Shown here in pieces: positions 52,540-64,000 of a stretch of DNA of 64,000 nt. Source of the stretch: Vicugna vicugna (Eukaryota); assembly GCA_013265495.1 (NCBI GenBank), contig MU058213.1, positions 5,725,149 to 5,789,148 on the forward strand, read 5' to 3'. The notes below the pieces were generated by a model that saw nothing but the letters and a program-made list of their open reading frames with translations, was not told the DNA's origin and made no database searches. Each line of letters opens with the position of its first letter. The stretch's first letter is position 1. Both the position numbers and the translations under genes were made by a program.

Positions 52540-53369
52540 CTACAAGAAGAGTGGGAGAGGGGAAAAAATGAAATTAAAAGGATCCAAATTTAAACAATTA
52601 TTTTTTAAATAAAAAATATGCAAAATGTGAATTGTTTCACGTAATTTGTCTATTTGGGAAATACACTGACCAAGATTTTCTTATAAAAATTCTGCTCTAA
52701 AATTCAACCTAACAGCTGTGATACAACTTTTAATTACATACAATTAAATAGTAACCACCAAAGAGATACTAAAAAAATAAATGCTTACAGGCTGATTCCT
52801 ACATAACAAGATCATTCCAACAGCAACTAAGTTGTTTGGATATTAAAAACAAGCTTCTTGATCCAGTTGCTGTTACTCACCACTACCTGTCTTCCCTCCT
52901 TAGTAATTTCACAGCTTTGCCATTTCCCCTACTTTTCACAACCCAAATGAGATAATATACAGGAAACTGGAATCTATTCAGATACTTAACATCTCTTCTC
53001 AGAGAAGCAAGTATGCATGCTCTCTTACACACATACAGACACACGGACAGACACACATAGAGACAGGTGAGCACACATACACACAACTTTTCAATTCCTT
53101 AATTTTTCCCTGTGGCACCTAATTCTTCTAATATTTTTAGACCTTTCTCAGTTAAATTTGGAGACCCAAACTCAAAGGACCGTGATATTAATGAAATCAT
53201 ACTCATTCTAACTGTCCTTTAGAAAGGAAAGGGAAAGACCAATAAATTGGCTATCATTACTAAACTCTTAACACTGTATCAAGTCTCTTTTCTAATTGCC
53301 ATAAAAGTCTGCATATAGCACAATTTCTGCTCAATAAATCTGAACCAAAGTTTCAACTGGCCAACCTCC

Positions 53370-53990
53370 AATGTTAGTAGGATATGGAATCATTGGAACT
53401 CTCACACACTGCTGGTGTAAGTACAAAACTGTGCAGTCACTTTGGAAAATTGGCAGTTTTTTACAAAGTTAAACATATAAAAACCCTATGACACACAATT
53501 CTACTCCAAGAGAAATGAAAACATAAAACACATGTCCACACGAACTGGACACAAATGTCCAAAGCAGCTTTACTCATAAAAGCCAAAACTGCAAATACCC
53601 TAAATGTCTACCAACAAGTAAAGACAGAAGAGGGCTGTGGCTTATTCAAACAATGGCAAACTATTCACTACTAAACTTATCAAACTACTACAAATAGGTA
53701 CTTTTATGAGACACAAAAGAATTCACATAGTATAATTTCATACATATGTAATTGCAGAATAAGCAAAATCTATCTGTAGTGACAGAAAGCAGATCAGTGA
53801 TTGCTTGGAGTGAAGAAAGACAAAGAGCAAAAGAGAATGAAGAAATGTTTGTTTGCTATGATGGAAAACGTTCTACACCTTGACTGGAATGGTAGGTATA
53901 CAAGTATATACATCTGTCAAAACTATACACTTGAAGTAACTATATTTTACTTATTGCAAATTATAATTCAATAAAGTTGTTCCTAAAGAA
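53370..53990 (+). mobile_element. Old L1 3' fragment
   Basis: GGAACTCTCACACACTGCTGGTG...CACTTTGGAAAA...GTGACAGAAAGCAGATCAGTGATTGC...TCAATAAAGTTG. Confidence 0.75.
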
Positions 53991-55570
53991 AAAAATCAAC
54001 TCATTTTCAAGTGAATAGGAGACAACAGGGTATACTCATTAGCTTCAGAAAGTATAAGCCTTTTTGAACATTGTCTATTTTATCTTTTTTTCCTAATTTC
54101 CTATCAATCTTGGTAACCTTTTATTCTGAGGCAGCACTCATTTTCTACTTGCTTAAAACTCTCATCAAAAAACTCCTAGGGCTTCCCAGGTGCTGTGACA
54201 AGGACTATAGGCTAGAAAAGGCATCCTTAGAGTCTCAAGGTTCCAATCTACTGCAGCAAGTAATCAACAAAGCCAAACACATCTTCCAGATGGGAATTCC
54301 AGAGACAAAGTTAATGACAGACTATCCTAAACAAACAGGAATGCTGCCTGAATTCTTGTTGCACGTCCTGTCTTCTCACAAAACTGTTTTTACCAATAGA
54401 CAGGAAATTCTTGATCACATATGTAAGTATAAATACATAAATTATTTTTAAGAGATCACAATTATTTTGAAAAATCATTAATTTATCATTATATATACTT
54501 ATAAGTGACTATAGTAAATACTACCTCTAAAAGAATATCTTTGTTAAACAGACTAAACAGTAAAAATGTCCAAGGACTGAGTATGTACACTCAGGATTTA
54601 TTTTTCAGCAAAACTGTTGCACCCTAAAACCACTATAAGCAAGAGCATTAGTATTCTATGTGGCAAAAAAACATGGAGGCATGGGGAGTAAGAGCTTCAG
54701 AAAGACATTTAAGTTCAGTATAAGAACAATCTATGCTATATTCCCAACCAAAAAAGTTAGTTTTATATGCAAGCAGATAGCAACCCTAGAGGGATGTTAT
54801 AACAGAAAGAATTTAACAACACTTGAGTAGGCTCCTTCCAACCCTGATACTGACTTAACAGGAAAATCACCTCATATATACAAAATATTAGTTTCAGTAT
54901 TGATTTAAATTGGATTGAAACCATACATAAAATCAGTTTTCAATTATCCATGTACAAAGTCAAGAAGCTGTATAGATAATAAAACAAAAAATCAAATTTA
55001 GAGCATATCCTCAAAATGCACTGCTCTTATTAATGTCAAAACTAATTTGCATCTAAAACACTTATCAACAAAGAGGGAATGGAACAACAGTGAGCCTGGA
55101 AGGCAGATAAATGGAAGAAGAAGACACACTGAATTAAAGTCTGTCATAATCTATGAAACAGATAAACTACAAATGAATACTCAGAAAATGGACATAATTT
55201 ATTCCGTTAACTAAGACATTAGATTCCAGTTCCCTAATTTTAAGTCCATACCATCTGTTTGATAGTTTGTATCTTAATGTTATTTTAACATTTATATAAT
55301 TATAATATTTATTTATTAAATGTTATTATATAAATATTACAATGTTTATATGAATTATAAATTCTTTGCAATATTCCTGTCAGATAACACATTATAAAAT
55401 AATACTAATAATTAGTTAAGAAACACCTTCTACCTTCCCAGCTTCTCAACAAGCCTTGAATAAAAAACAATATGAAAACATAACCTGATTATTTAATTGT
55501 TTAAAATTTTGGCCCACAGGTCAGAAAAACTACAGTGAACACTGCCTTATAAAAATCATTGTATTCTGGA

Positions 55571-57216
55571 ATTAGGACAAATAATCCTAAAATTTATAGG
55601 GAACCATAAAAGACCCAGAATTGCCAAAGCAACACTGAGGAAAAAGAACAAAACTGGAGGTATAACCCTCCCAGACTTCAGACAATACTACAAAGCTACA
55701 GTAATCAGAACAGTTTTGTGGTATTGGCACAAAAACAGACGTAGGGATCAATGGAACAGAAAAGACAGCCCCAAAATAATCCACACACCTGCAGTCAATT
55801 AATCTTTGACAAAAGAGGCAAGAATATACAATGGAGAAAAGACCGTCTCTTCAGCAAGTGTTGTTGGGAAAACCAGATAGCCCCATGTAAATCAATGAAG
55901 TTAGAACACTCCCTCACACCATATACAAAAATCAACTCAAAATGGATCAAAGACTTAAACATAAGACAGAACACCATAAACCTCTTAGAAGAGAACATAG
56001 GCAAAACCTTCTCTGACATAAATTAATTATAGCAATGTTTTCCTAGGTCAGTCTCCCAAGGCAAAAGAAATAAAAAGCAAAATAAACAAATGGGACCTAG
56101 TTAAACTTACAGCCTTTTGCACAACAAAGGAAACCATCAACAAACCAAAAAGACAACCTATGGATTGGGAGAAAATATTTGCAAATGATGCAACTGCCAA
56201 GGGCTCAATTTCCAAAATACACAAACAGCTCTTATAACTCAATAACAACAACAGCAACAACAACGACAAAAAACCACCCAATCAAAAATGGGCAGAAGAC
56301 CTAACAGGCATTTCTTCAAAGAAGACATACAGATGGCCAACAGGCACATGAAAAGATGCTTAATATCACTACTTACCAGAGAAGTACAAATCAAAACTAC
56401 AATGAGCTATCACCTCACACCAGTTAGAATGGCCATCGTTCAAAAGTCCACAAACAATAAACGCTAGAGAATGTGAAGAAAAGGGAACCCTCCTACACTG
56501 TTGATGGGATGTAATCTGGTGCAAACGCTATAGAAATTAATATGGAGATTTCTTAAAAACCTAAAACTAGAGTCACCATGTGATCCAGCAATCCCACTCC
56601 TGGGCATATATCTAATTTGAAAAGACACATGCACCCCTATGTTCACAGCAACATTATTTACAATAGCCAAGACATGAAAGCAACCTAAACGTCCATCAAC
56701 AGATGACTGGATAAAGATGATATAATAAACACACACACACACACACACACTGGAATACTACTCAGTCATTAAAAAAAGAAATAATGTCATTTGCCACAGC
56801 ATGAATGGACCTAGAGATTATCATACTAAGAGAAATAGGTCAGAAGAAGAAAAACAAATATCATATCACTCATACATGGAATCTAAAAAATGATACAAAT
56901 GAACTTACTGACAAAACTGAAATAGACAAGCAGACATAGAAAACAAACTTATGATTACCAAAGGGGAAAGGGGGTGGGGGAGGGATAAATTAGGAGTTTG
57001 GGATTAGCAGATACAAACTACTATATATAAAATAGACAAACAAGAAGGTCCTACTATATAGCACAGGGAACTATATTCAATATCTTGTAATTACCTACAA
57101 TGAAAAAATACGAAAAAGAATATATACATACACACACACACACATATAAAACTCAATCACTATGCTGTACACCTGAAACTAGCACAACATTATAAATCAA
57201 CTATACTTCAATTTAA
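55571..57216 (+). mobile_element. Young 5'-truncated L1 (about 1.65 kb)
   Basis: ORF2 peptide [26 protein letters not shown]...[16 protein letters not shown] (55751..56026). 19-bp TSD AAAAATCA[T/C]TGTATTCTGG at 55551-55569 and 57217-57235. Confidence 0.93.
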
Positions 57217-57235
57217 AAAAATCACTGTATTCTGG

Positions 57236-57842
57236 GATAACAGTTTGATGGCTCCTCAAAAAGTTAAACATAGAATTACCATATGATGTGCCAATTCTAT
57301 TTGTAGGTATATACTCAAAGAAATGGAAATCATGGACTCAGATACTTGTACACCTTTTTAAAGCAACATTACCCTAATAGCCCAAAAGGTAGAAATAATC
57401 CTAATGCCTATCAACATATGGATTTTAAAATGTATGTATGAGTAGTATACACATAAAATGGATTATTCAGCCTTAAAAAGGAATGAAATTCTGATACACG
57501 CTACAACATGGATGAACCTTGAAAACACGAAGCTAAGTGAAAAAAGCCAGATCAAAAGGCTACCTATCATAGGACTCCACTTGTGAGGTACAGACAATAG
57601 GCAAATTCCTAGAGATAGAAGGCAGAATAGAGGTTACCAAGGGCTGGTAGGAGGGCAGAATGGGGAGTTACTTTTTAATGAGTACATAGTTTCTGTTTGA
57701 TACAAAAAGCTCTGGAAATGAATAGTGGAAACAGTTGCACAACACTGTGAATATATCTAATGTCACTCAATTGTACATTTAAACTTAACAATGGTTAAAA
57801 TGGTAAGTTATATGTTATTTTACCATAATAAAAATAAATTTA
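57236..57842 (+). mobile_element. Older L1 3' fragment (L1MB-like)
   Basis: CCTCAAAAAGTTAAACATAGAATTACCATATGA...GCTACAACATGGATGAACCTTGAAAAC...TTTTACCATAATAAAAA. Confidence 0.8.
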
Positions 57843-57890
57843 AAAATATCATTGTATTTCCAAAGCTAGGGTAAAAAATAAAATTGTGTG

Positions 57891-58340
57891 ATGGAATACT
57901 ATTCAGCCATAAAAACTGACAACATAACGCCATTTGCAGCAACATGGATGTTGCTCGAGAATGTCATTCTAAGTGAAATAAGCCAGAAAGAGAAAGAAAA
58001 ATACCATATGAGATAGCTCATATGTGGAATTAAAAAAACACATAAATACAAAGCAGAAACAGACTCATAGACATAGAATACAAACTTGTGGTTGCCAAGG
58101 GGCGGGGGGTGGGAAGGGACAGACTGGGATTCCAAAATGTAGAATAGATAAATAAGTTATACTGTATAGCACAGGGAAATATATACAAGATCTTGTGGTA
58201 GCTCACAGTGAAAAAAATGTGACAATGAATACATGTATGTTCATGTGTAATTGAAAAATTGTGCTCTACACTGGAATTTGACACAACATTGTAAAATGAC
58301 TATAACTCAATACAAAAATGTTTAAAAAATTAAAAAAAAA
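57891..58340 (+). mobile_element. Young L1 3' end (second lineage-specific family)
   Basis: ATGGAATACTATTCAGCCATAAAAA...CCATTTGCAGCAACATGGATG plus an A-tail. AATTGTGTG repeats at 57882-57890 and 58347-58355. Confidence 0.85.
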
Positions 58341-58929
58341 ATTTCTAATTGTGTGGCCAGAGATACCCTTCCTAGTGGAGTAAAAGCCCCTAGAGAATTG
58401 GTTGAGCTAGTGGTACTGTGATGATAATGAGATGAGATTATACCATTTTTCTTAACTGTATATAGGTTTATCATTTCAGAGCACTTTTACACATATTACT
58501 GCATCTCACCCTCACAGTAACATTGCAAAGGAGGCGTGATGAATACTTTTATTGAAGGGTATGACTTAGGTAACAGGTCTAGAATTAGGACTAAAGCTCT
58601 ACTATTTGGCTACTGCATCTTGCTTTCCACTATGCCACTAATGGATCTCACACATGTGATGGAAGCAGTCAAGCTAATAATATATGCTGAGTGTTGTAGC
58701 AGTCTGAATGTAATATTATCAGCTGGCCAAGTCACCTTTTAAAATCTGAATAAATGCAAATAAGACATAGAAATGGAAATATAACCTTATTTGACTTTCA
58801 CTGAAAAGTCTACTTTACACCACCACTGTAAGAAATTCTCCTTATTGTTAATGCTTGAGCCACTTTTAAGACTAAGGCTAAACTCTGTCCCCTTCTACTA
58901 TATTTCTTCCAGTAAGTTTAGTTCTCCTT

Positions 58930-58976
58930 TTATTATTTTTATTATTATTATTGTTGTTGTTGTTGTTATTATTATA
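58930..58976. repeat. Compound (ATT)n(GTT)n microsatellite
   Basis: Read directly from the sequence. Confidence 0.85.
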
Positions 58977-60974
58977 TAGTACACTGTCATCAAAGATAAA
59001 TTTAGATTTCCTTTGAGGAGGAAAACGCTCTGTATAAGGAACATGATTTGCACTGGGAATGTTTTCCTAGCGTTAGATTTAACCATTATGTTGTTCCTAT
59101 AGATCAATAGTATTTTGTCTCTCATCCTGATTATAGTAATTCTATTACAATTTTTTGGGGGGCTTTCATCAGCAGCAAACTGTAAAGTTATAAGGAATAG
59201 AGTGAAATTATAGGAGGGCAAAATCAGTTAACAAATAACAACAATCTGAAAAAATACACAAAACAGATTCCAAATCTCCAGCCTCAGTGCTATGAAAATG
59301 CAATTGTGTAATATGTGGTAATAATAGATGGTTTTCCCTCTCAGGCTTTAGAAAAGCACTCTACATCTAAATTAAACAAATAATAGAGGCCCTAGAACCA
59401 CCTCTGGTATAGAACAACAAAATACATTATGGTAAGATATGATTCCATACGTTTCTGGAAGGCCATATACCTTCTACGCTAACGAGGTACCATTCTACAG
59501 ATTTGAACAGTTAGAAGGACAAGAATATAGAGCCTTTTCCCATATGATTGCTATTTGGGCTAAAGACAGCATGGCTCTGATTCTCAGAAGAAAACAGCAA
59601 TAGATAAGGGTATATGTCTTGAACTGATATATTAGGACAAAAAGCCCCAACTAATGAAATACCTCGTTAACACAGGAAAGAAGCCTGAGAGCAAAATCCC
59701 TGCTGCCAAGTATGTCAGTGTAATCCAGCGTCCCAATGAGGTCTACCGTGTCTAAACGGAACCAGTCTATGGTAGGCCAGGATAGTGATTCCTAGAAATA
59801 AAACTGGACTTAAAAGGCCATCCCTGACATCTCTACGTATTCTTTCCTCTTAACATGCACCTTCTTTTCAATAAAGATGCTTGAGAGAGTCTCCATCCAA
59901 ATTATTTTTATAAGACAAGCTGCCAGTATTACTATCAAATATTACTATGAGTCAAATATCTAGTTTACTTCCACCAGCATACTTTTTGAAACAGAAAAGT
60001 CCTTTTTAAAATTATCTTAAAGAAGCCACTATCCAAAAAAAAAGATAAAATGAACAGGTAGGTAGAATAGGAAAGGGCAGAGTTAGCCCTCATGTACCCT
60101 GCTGGGCAGCACGTGAGGCATCCTCCCACAGAAATTTTGGGGGCTCTACTGTTTGCAAAACATAGTTTCAGGCTTTACTGATGGCTCTGAGGTAGATATT
60201 CTCAAATTAGGAAAAATACATAAACGAGATCCCTCACAAGTTCCCAAGGAAGACAAAGGTGAAACTAAAACTCAAGCCAAAATAAGAAAATTCATAAGAG
60301 GAGGAGCAGATCATCAGTGCGCCTTTGCCACATAAAGGAGAGCCAGGGGAAGAATCTGCCATAGCCCACGATTACAGAACACATGCCTACATGTCTTACA
60401 CATGATTACAGAATAAGTAAATTTACCTATTGGAGAGAAAAAAAGTTTCCGTAAATACCTTCTCACCTTATACAACTATGTAACTAAACAATTAGCAAGC
60501 AAAACTACGGTATATAAAACACTGAAACAGTAAGATTTAAGAGTAGAGTGAGACTTCAATTACTCAGATATTCAGTGTAAATCAAAAGTATAAAATCATA
60601 AAGATCACCTAAATGTACTTATTTCACACACCAGAGAAGGCTGAAGACCAAGATCACACAAATAAAACCAGAGCTCAAATCCGAACCCAAAGTCCTCAGT
60701 TAGCCAACCAATGACCTTTCCAACACACCAAGCTACAGTCCCCTGCTTAGGATACAATAAGGGAGCTCTAGGATGGCAAAATACAGAACAGTAGTAATTC
60801 TCCCTAAAATCAAAAATAAAAGACTGACTTAAGAAGCATAATCAATGGTATTGTTAAAAAGAAGAATGTGTCCATAAAAGGAAAGCTGGAAAAAAAAAAG
60901 AGTTCAAAGATAAAATTGGCAGTGTACATCCAAAGAAAGTGATCCAAACCATGAACGTAACTGTATGCTATTCC

Positions 60975-61450
60975 TTCACTCCATAAACACTTACTGAGCA
61001 CTTAGCAGGGCCAGCACAGCGCTAAGCCTGGGGACGTAGGCATGCACAACACAATCCACAATCCACATTCTAGCTCCTACACGGTTAGTGCGCAGAGAGA
61101 AAGGGAAAGAAAAGGGGGGAAAGAAGGAAGTTAGTCTTGTAGTGATAAGTGCTATGATGAAAAACAAAGCAGGATAAATGGCCAAAGTGGTAGAGGGAAA
61201 GAAGATGCTATTTCACAAAGAGTGGTAGAAAAGGTTTCTCTGACAGACGACATTTAAGCAGGGACTTGAATGAAGTGGAGGAGCAAGAGCTGTGTTGTTA
61301 TGGAGCAGAGATGCAGAAGGGTTTCAGGCAGAGGAACTACAAGTGCAAAGGCAAGCGTTGTGTGTTGGAGAAAAACCACTGGGGCTACAGCGGTATAAAG
61401 AAGGGAGAGAAGAACAAGAGATGAGGTAAGAGAATAGAACCTAGCACACA
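60975..61450 (-). mobile_element. L2 LINE 3' fragment
   Basis: ACTTACTGAGCACTTA...GTGATAAGTGCTATGA...TTTCAGGCAGAGGAAC..CAAGTGCAAAGGC. Confidence 0.7.
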
Positions 61451-62674
61451 CGAGACTCCAAAACCTTCACTGAATTAATGAAGACTTGTCTGAGCAGCAA
61501 GTCTCTATGTGACAAATGCCCTCCAAAATATCTCCATGAATATATTCCTTCAAACTACAACATTCCTTGTTCCCTTTTTGGGGAGTGAGGGGAAGGAAGG
61601 GGACTTCCCCTTCTGCCATAAACTCATCATCTCAAATCTCTCCTTTTAAAAGATAAAATGTATCATCTTTTCCCTGTGCTCCTCAAGTATTCCACTTGCA
61701 TCCACATTTTCCTGCCCCTATTACTTTTCCACATAGAGAGAGGACTGAGGATCACTTCTTATCCTGAGTCTTCCTCCCACTTAAATTTCTGATGAAGCAG
61801 AGGTATTGCTGTTTGCTACAGCAAAGTGTTTGATAGTTTTTTTATTTGTCTTGCTGATAATATCATCTTCTAAAAGAAAAAGAACACAATGATGAGAACT
61901 ACTCTAGAGTTAATGCTGATAAACTATGAATAACTGGTTGATGAAGTGACAAGAAGTTAAGAAGAAAGTAACACCATCATCCTATTATCATGTAGTTTGT
62001 TAAAAACAAGAAGAGAGAAAACAGCATAAGACAGCAAAGGGTTCAATAAAACAGATTATTTAACACTTACAGAAAACACAGGTAAAATCTTCTATTTGGA
62101 GATTTTAAATACATATAGGTGAAGTCGAATGACCATTTCTCCAAAATGTCACCCAACATTAAGTTGGACAAAATGACCCTTGAAGTCTCTCAAGATAAAG
62201 AATGTGAAAGGCTCACTCAGTTTGACAGGTGCAAGTAAGCCACTGCTGAAACTGAAACATAAAAATTGGAGTCATGTATTTAGTCAGAACATTCTTACAA
62301 TGGACAAATTAAATGTGTTTGTACTTCATACATTTAGGAAAAAATTAGCCAAGCTATACTCAAAAGATAACTGGGTCCTTGCAATTAATCACCACAGAAT
62401 TAGTAGGGATGGTTCCACAAAGATATTGGCCCACTATGTTCTTGTAACCAAAATGTCCAAAGATATACTGGTTATTACCATGAATCATTAGAAATTCAAA
62501 CAAAAATGTTATTTCTTTACCCTTAAACCAGACTATGATGCATGTACATCTGGATTACTCTGTGTAATTAGATCACCAAGATCAAACAAAACTAGAGAAA
62601 CTCAAGGAAGGAGAAGTAACATGGACTAGAACACTGGTAATGCTGAGCATGACAAAAACAAAAAAGCAGCAAAT

Positions 62675-63465
62675 TGACCACTTCTCTCCTTGAAACACTT
62701 TCTCCCTTGGCATCTAGTATCACGCTCTCAGGTTTTCTACTTTTCACTCTCCTCCACCTACAACTTAAAATGACTCCTCTTTACACCTCACTACATATTA
62801 ACCAGGACCAATAAATTCTACCTTCAAATTAGCTCTTACATCTAGTCACTCTCCTTCCTAACTAGTCTCAATGCATTTTACCTTACTCCCTTCCAAACTA
62901 CTCTTCATTCACAATCAGACTAGACTTTTTAAACCTCGTAAGTTACTTACCATTAAAAATCTTCCATGGCTAAGTAAAAAAATATCACCACGACTTACAT
63001 AAACTCTCAAAGATCTGGCTCATGCTCACATCTATAACCTCACTTGAAACCATTCTCCCTCCCATCTTAAGCACCACTCATACTGAAATTCCTTCACTGC
63101 CAAGAACATGCCAATTCTCATCTCAGTATCTTTCCACATGCTGTTTCCTCTGTCTAGAACACATTTCCTCCCCTTCTTTGCCTATCTTCTTCTTCAGTCA
63201 TCTGTCCAGGATCCATTTAAAAGCCATTTTCTAAAAGTGGCCTTCCCTGACCTTCAGATAAGATGGCATCCCCCTGTGCTCCCATAGCAATCTTTTAAAC
63301 ATTCCTTTGTTAACACTTATCACACCCGGCATTCCTAATCAAATACCTGTTTCTCATGAGTTCATAAATTCCACGATAGCGAAGACCTCTCTTGTTCAGC
63401 TATTCTATTCCTACTGACTACCAAAAGTACTGGAAATACACTGGATGCTTAATAAATATATAAAA
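62675..63465 (+). mobile_element. L2 LINE 3' fragment
   Basis: GACCACTTCTCTCCTTGAAACACTTTC...CACATGCTGTTTCCTCTGTCTAGAA...GCCTTCCCTGACC...GCTTAATAAATAT. Confidence 0.7.
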
Positions 63466-63879
63466 CGATTAAAGTGTCAAAATAAAACAATCAAGTAGAC
63501 TTACGAAACATCTCTTGTAGCTCAAATAAACTTAAACAAAAGGAAATGCATGATACATTTTTTCATTCAATCCAGGGATAAAAATTCCATTTAACTGAAT
63601 TTGTGGTCTATAATTTCTTTAAAAGACAATGACAATGAATACTGCGACACAACCACTTGTCCCAGATTTGCCTCAGATGTGACAGAATGTATCACATCTG
63701 AGATTCTTGATATGCTAGACTTCATGTTTATGTTTGATTTGTTGGTTCAGCATCATTCTCCCAAAACAAACTGCTCTGGAATCTAACTAGTTCAAAGTGA
63801 TTATAATTTAAGGTCTCAAAGATGCACACAAGTTAATAACTCAGTTTTATTCCTATATACAAGTATCAAAAATATGTGT

Positions 63880-64000
63880 CAATCCACCTGGGCATATATC
63901 CAGAAAGTATCCTACTTAAAAATGACACCTGCACCCCAATACTCATAGCAGCACTATTTATAATAGCCAAGACATGGAAACAGCCTAAATGTCCATCAAC
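63880..64000 (+). mobile_element. Young L1 fragment (ORF2 end), runs off the window
   Basis: CTGGGCATATATCCAGA...GACACCTGCACCCCAAT..TCATAGCAGCACTATTTA.AATAGCCAAGACATGGAAACA, similar to 56595-56700. Confidence 0.85.

Larger units (their letters stand above)
1..64000 (-). other. ADAM10: ADAM10 gene body (partial: intron 2 to intron 14, exons 3-14)
   Basis: Twelve colinear minus-strand exons splice in phase into the ADAM10 protein. No exon 2 or exon 15 peptide was found, so the gene extends past both window edges. Confidence 0.97.

Noticed and set aside
54071..54451. 126-aa ORF and the other 60-120 aa intronic ORFs
   Set aside because: They show no homology I can recognise, many use TTG/GTG starts, and their lengths are compatible with chance.
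55587..58284. ORF cluster 55587-58284
   Set aside because: These are L1 ORF2 fragments or antisense frames of L1 sequence.
1..64000. A novel multi-gene system, operon, CRISPR array or prokaryotic defence locus
   Set aside because: The window is intron-rich eukaryotic DNA explained by ADAM10 exons and mammalian repeats. There are no regularly spaced repeat-spacer arrays and no long unexplained ORFs.

Overview
This is AT-rich, CpG-poor mammalian genomic DNA lying entirely inside one minus-strand gene, ADAM10 (disintegrin and metalloproteinase 10, an alpha-secretase). Twelve coding exons, equivalent to human exons 3-14, were placed base by base. All have GT..AG boundaries and join in phase into an uninterrupted 1816-nt frame covering most of the prodomain, the furin site, the [11 protein letters not shown] zinc metalloprotease domain, and the disintegrin and Cys-rich domains. 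Exons 1-2 would lie beyond 64000 and exons 15-16 (TM and cytoplasmic tail) before base 1. The introns are dominated by transposon relics: young and old L1, L2, MIR, hAT-Charlie and Tigger elements, an ERV1-type solo LTR and four tRNA-Ala-derived SINEs. The SINE type, with no Alu, B1, Bov-A or SINEC-like copies recognised, points to a camelid genome (inference). I found no evidence for a novel multi-gene system. The best leads are small-scale: a candidate in-frame 24-nt microexon in intron 8, a one-codon prodomain deletion plus an extended RRKKR site, an L1 with a probable 3' transduction, a TSD-flanked chimeric retro-insertion and a re-used L1 target site. Repeat family names and ortholog comparisons are from memory, and old-repeat boundaries are approximate.
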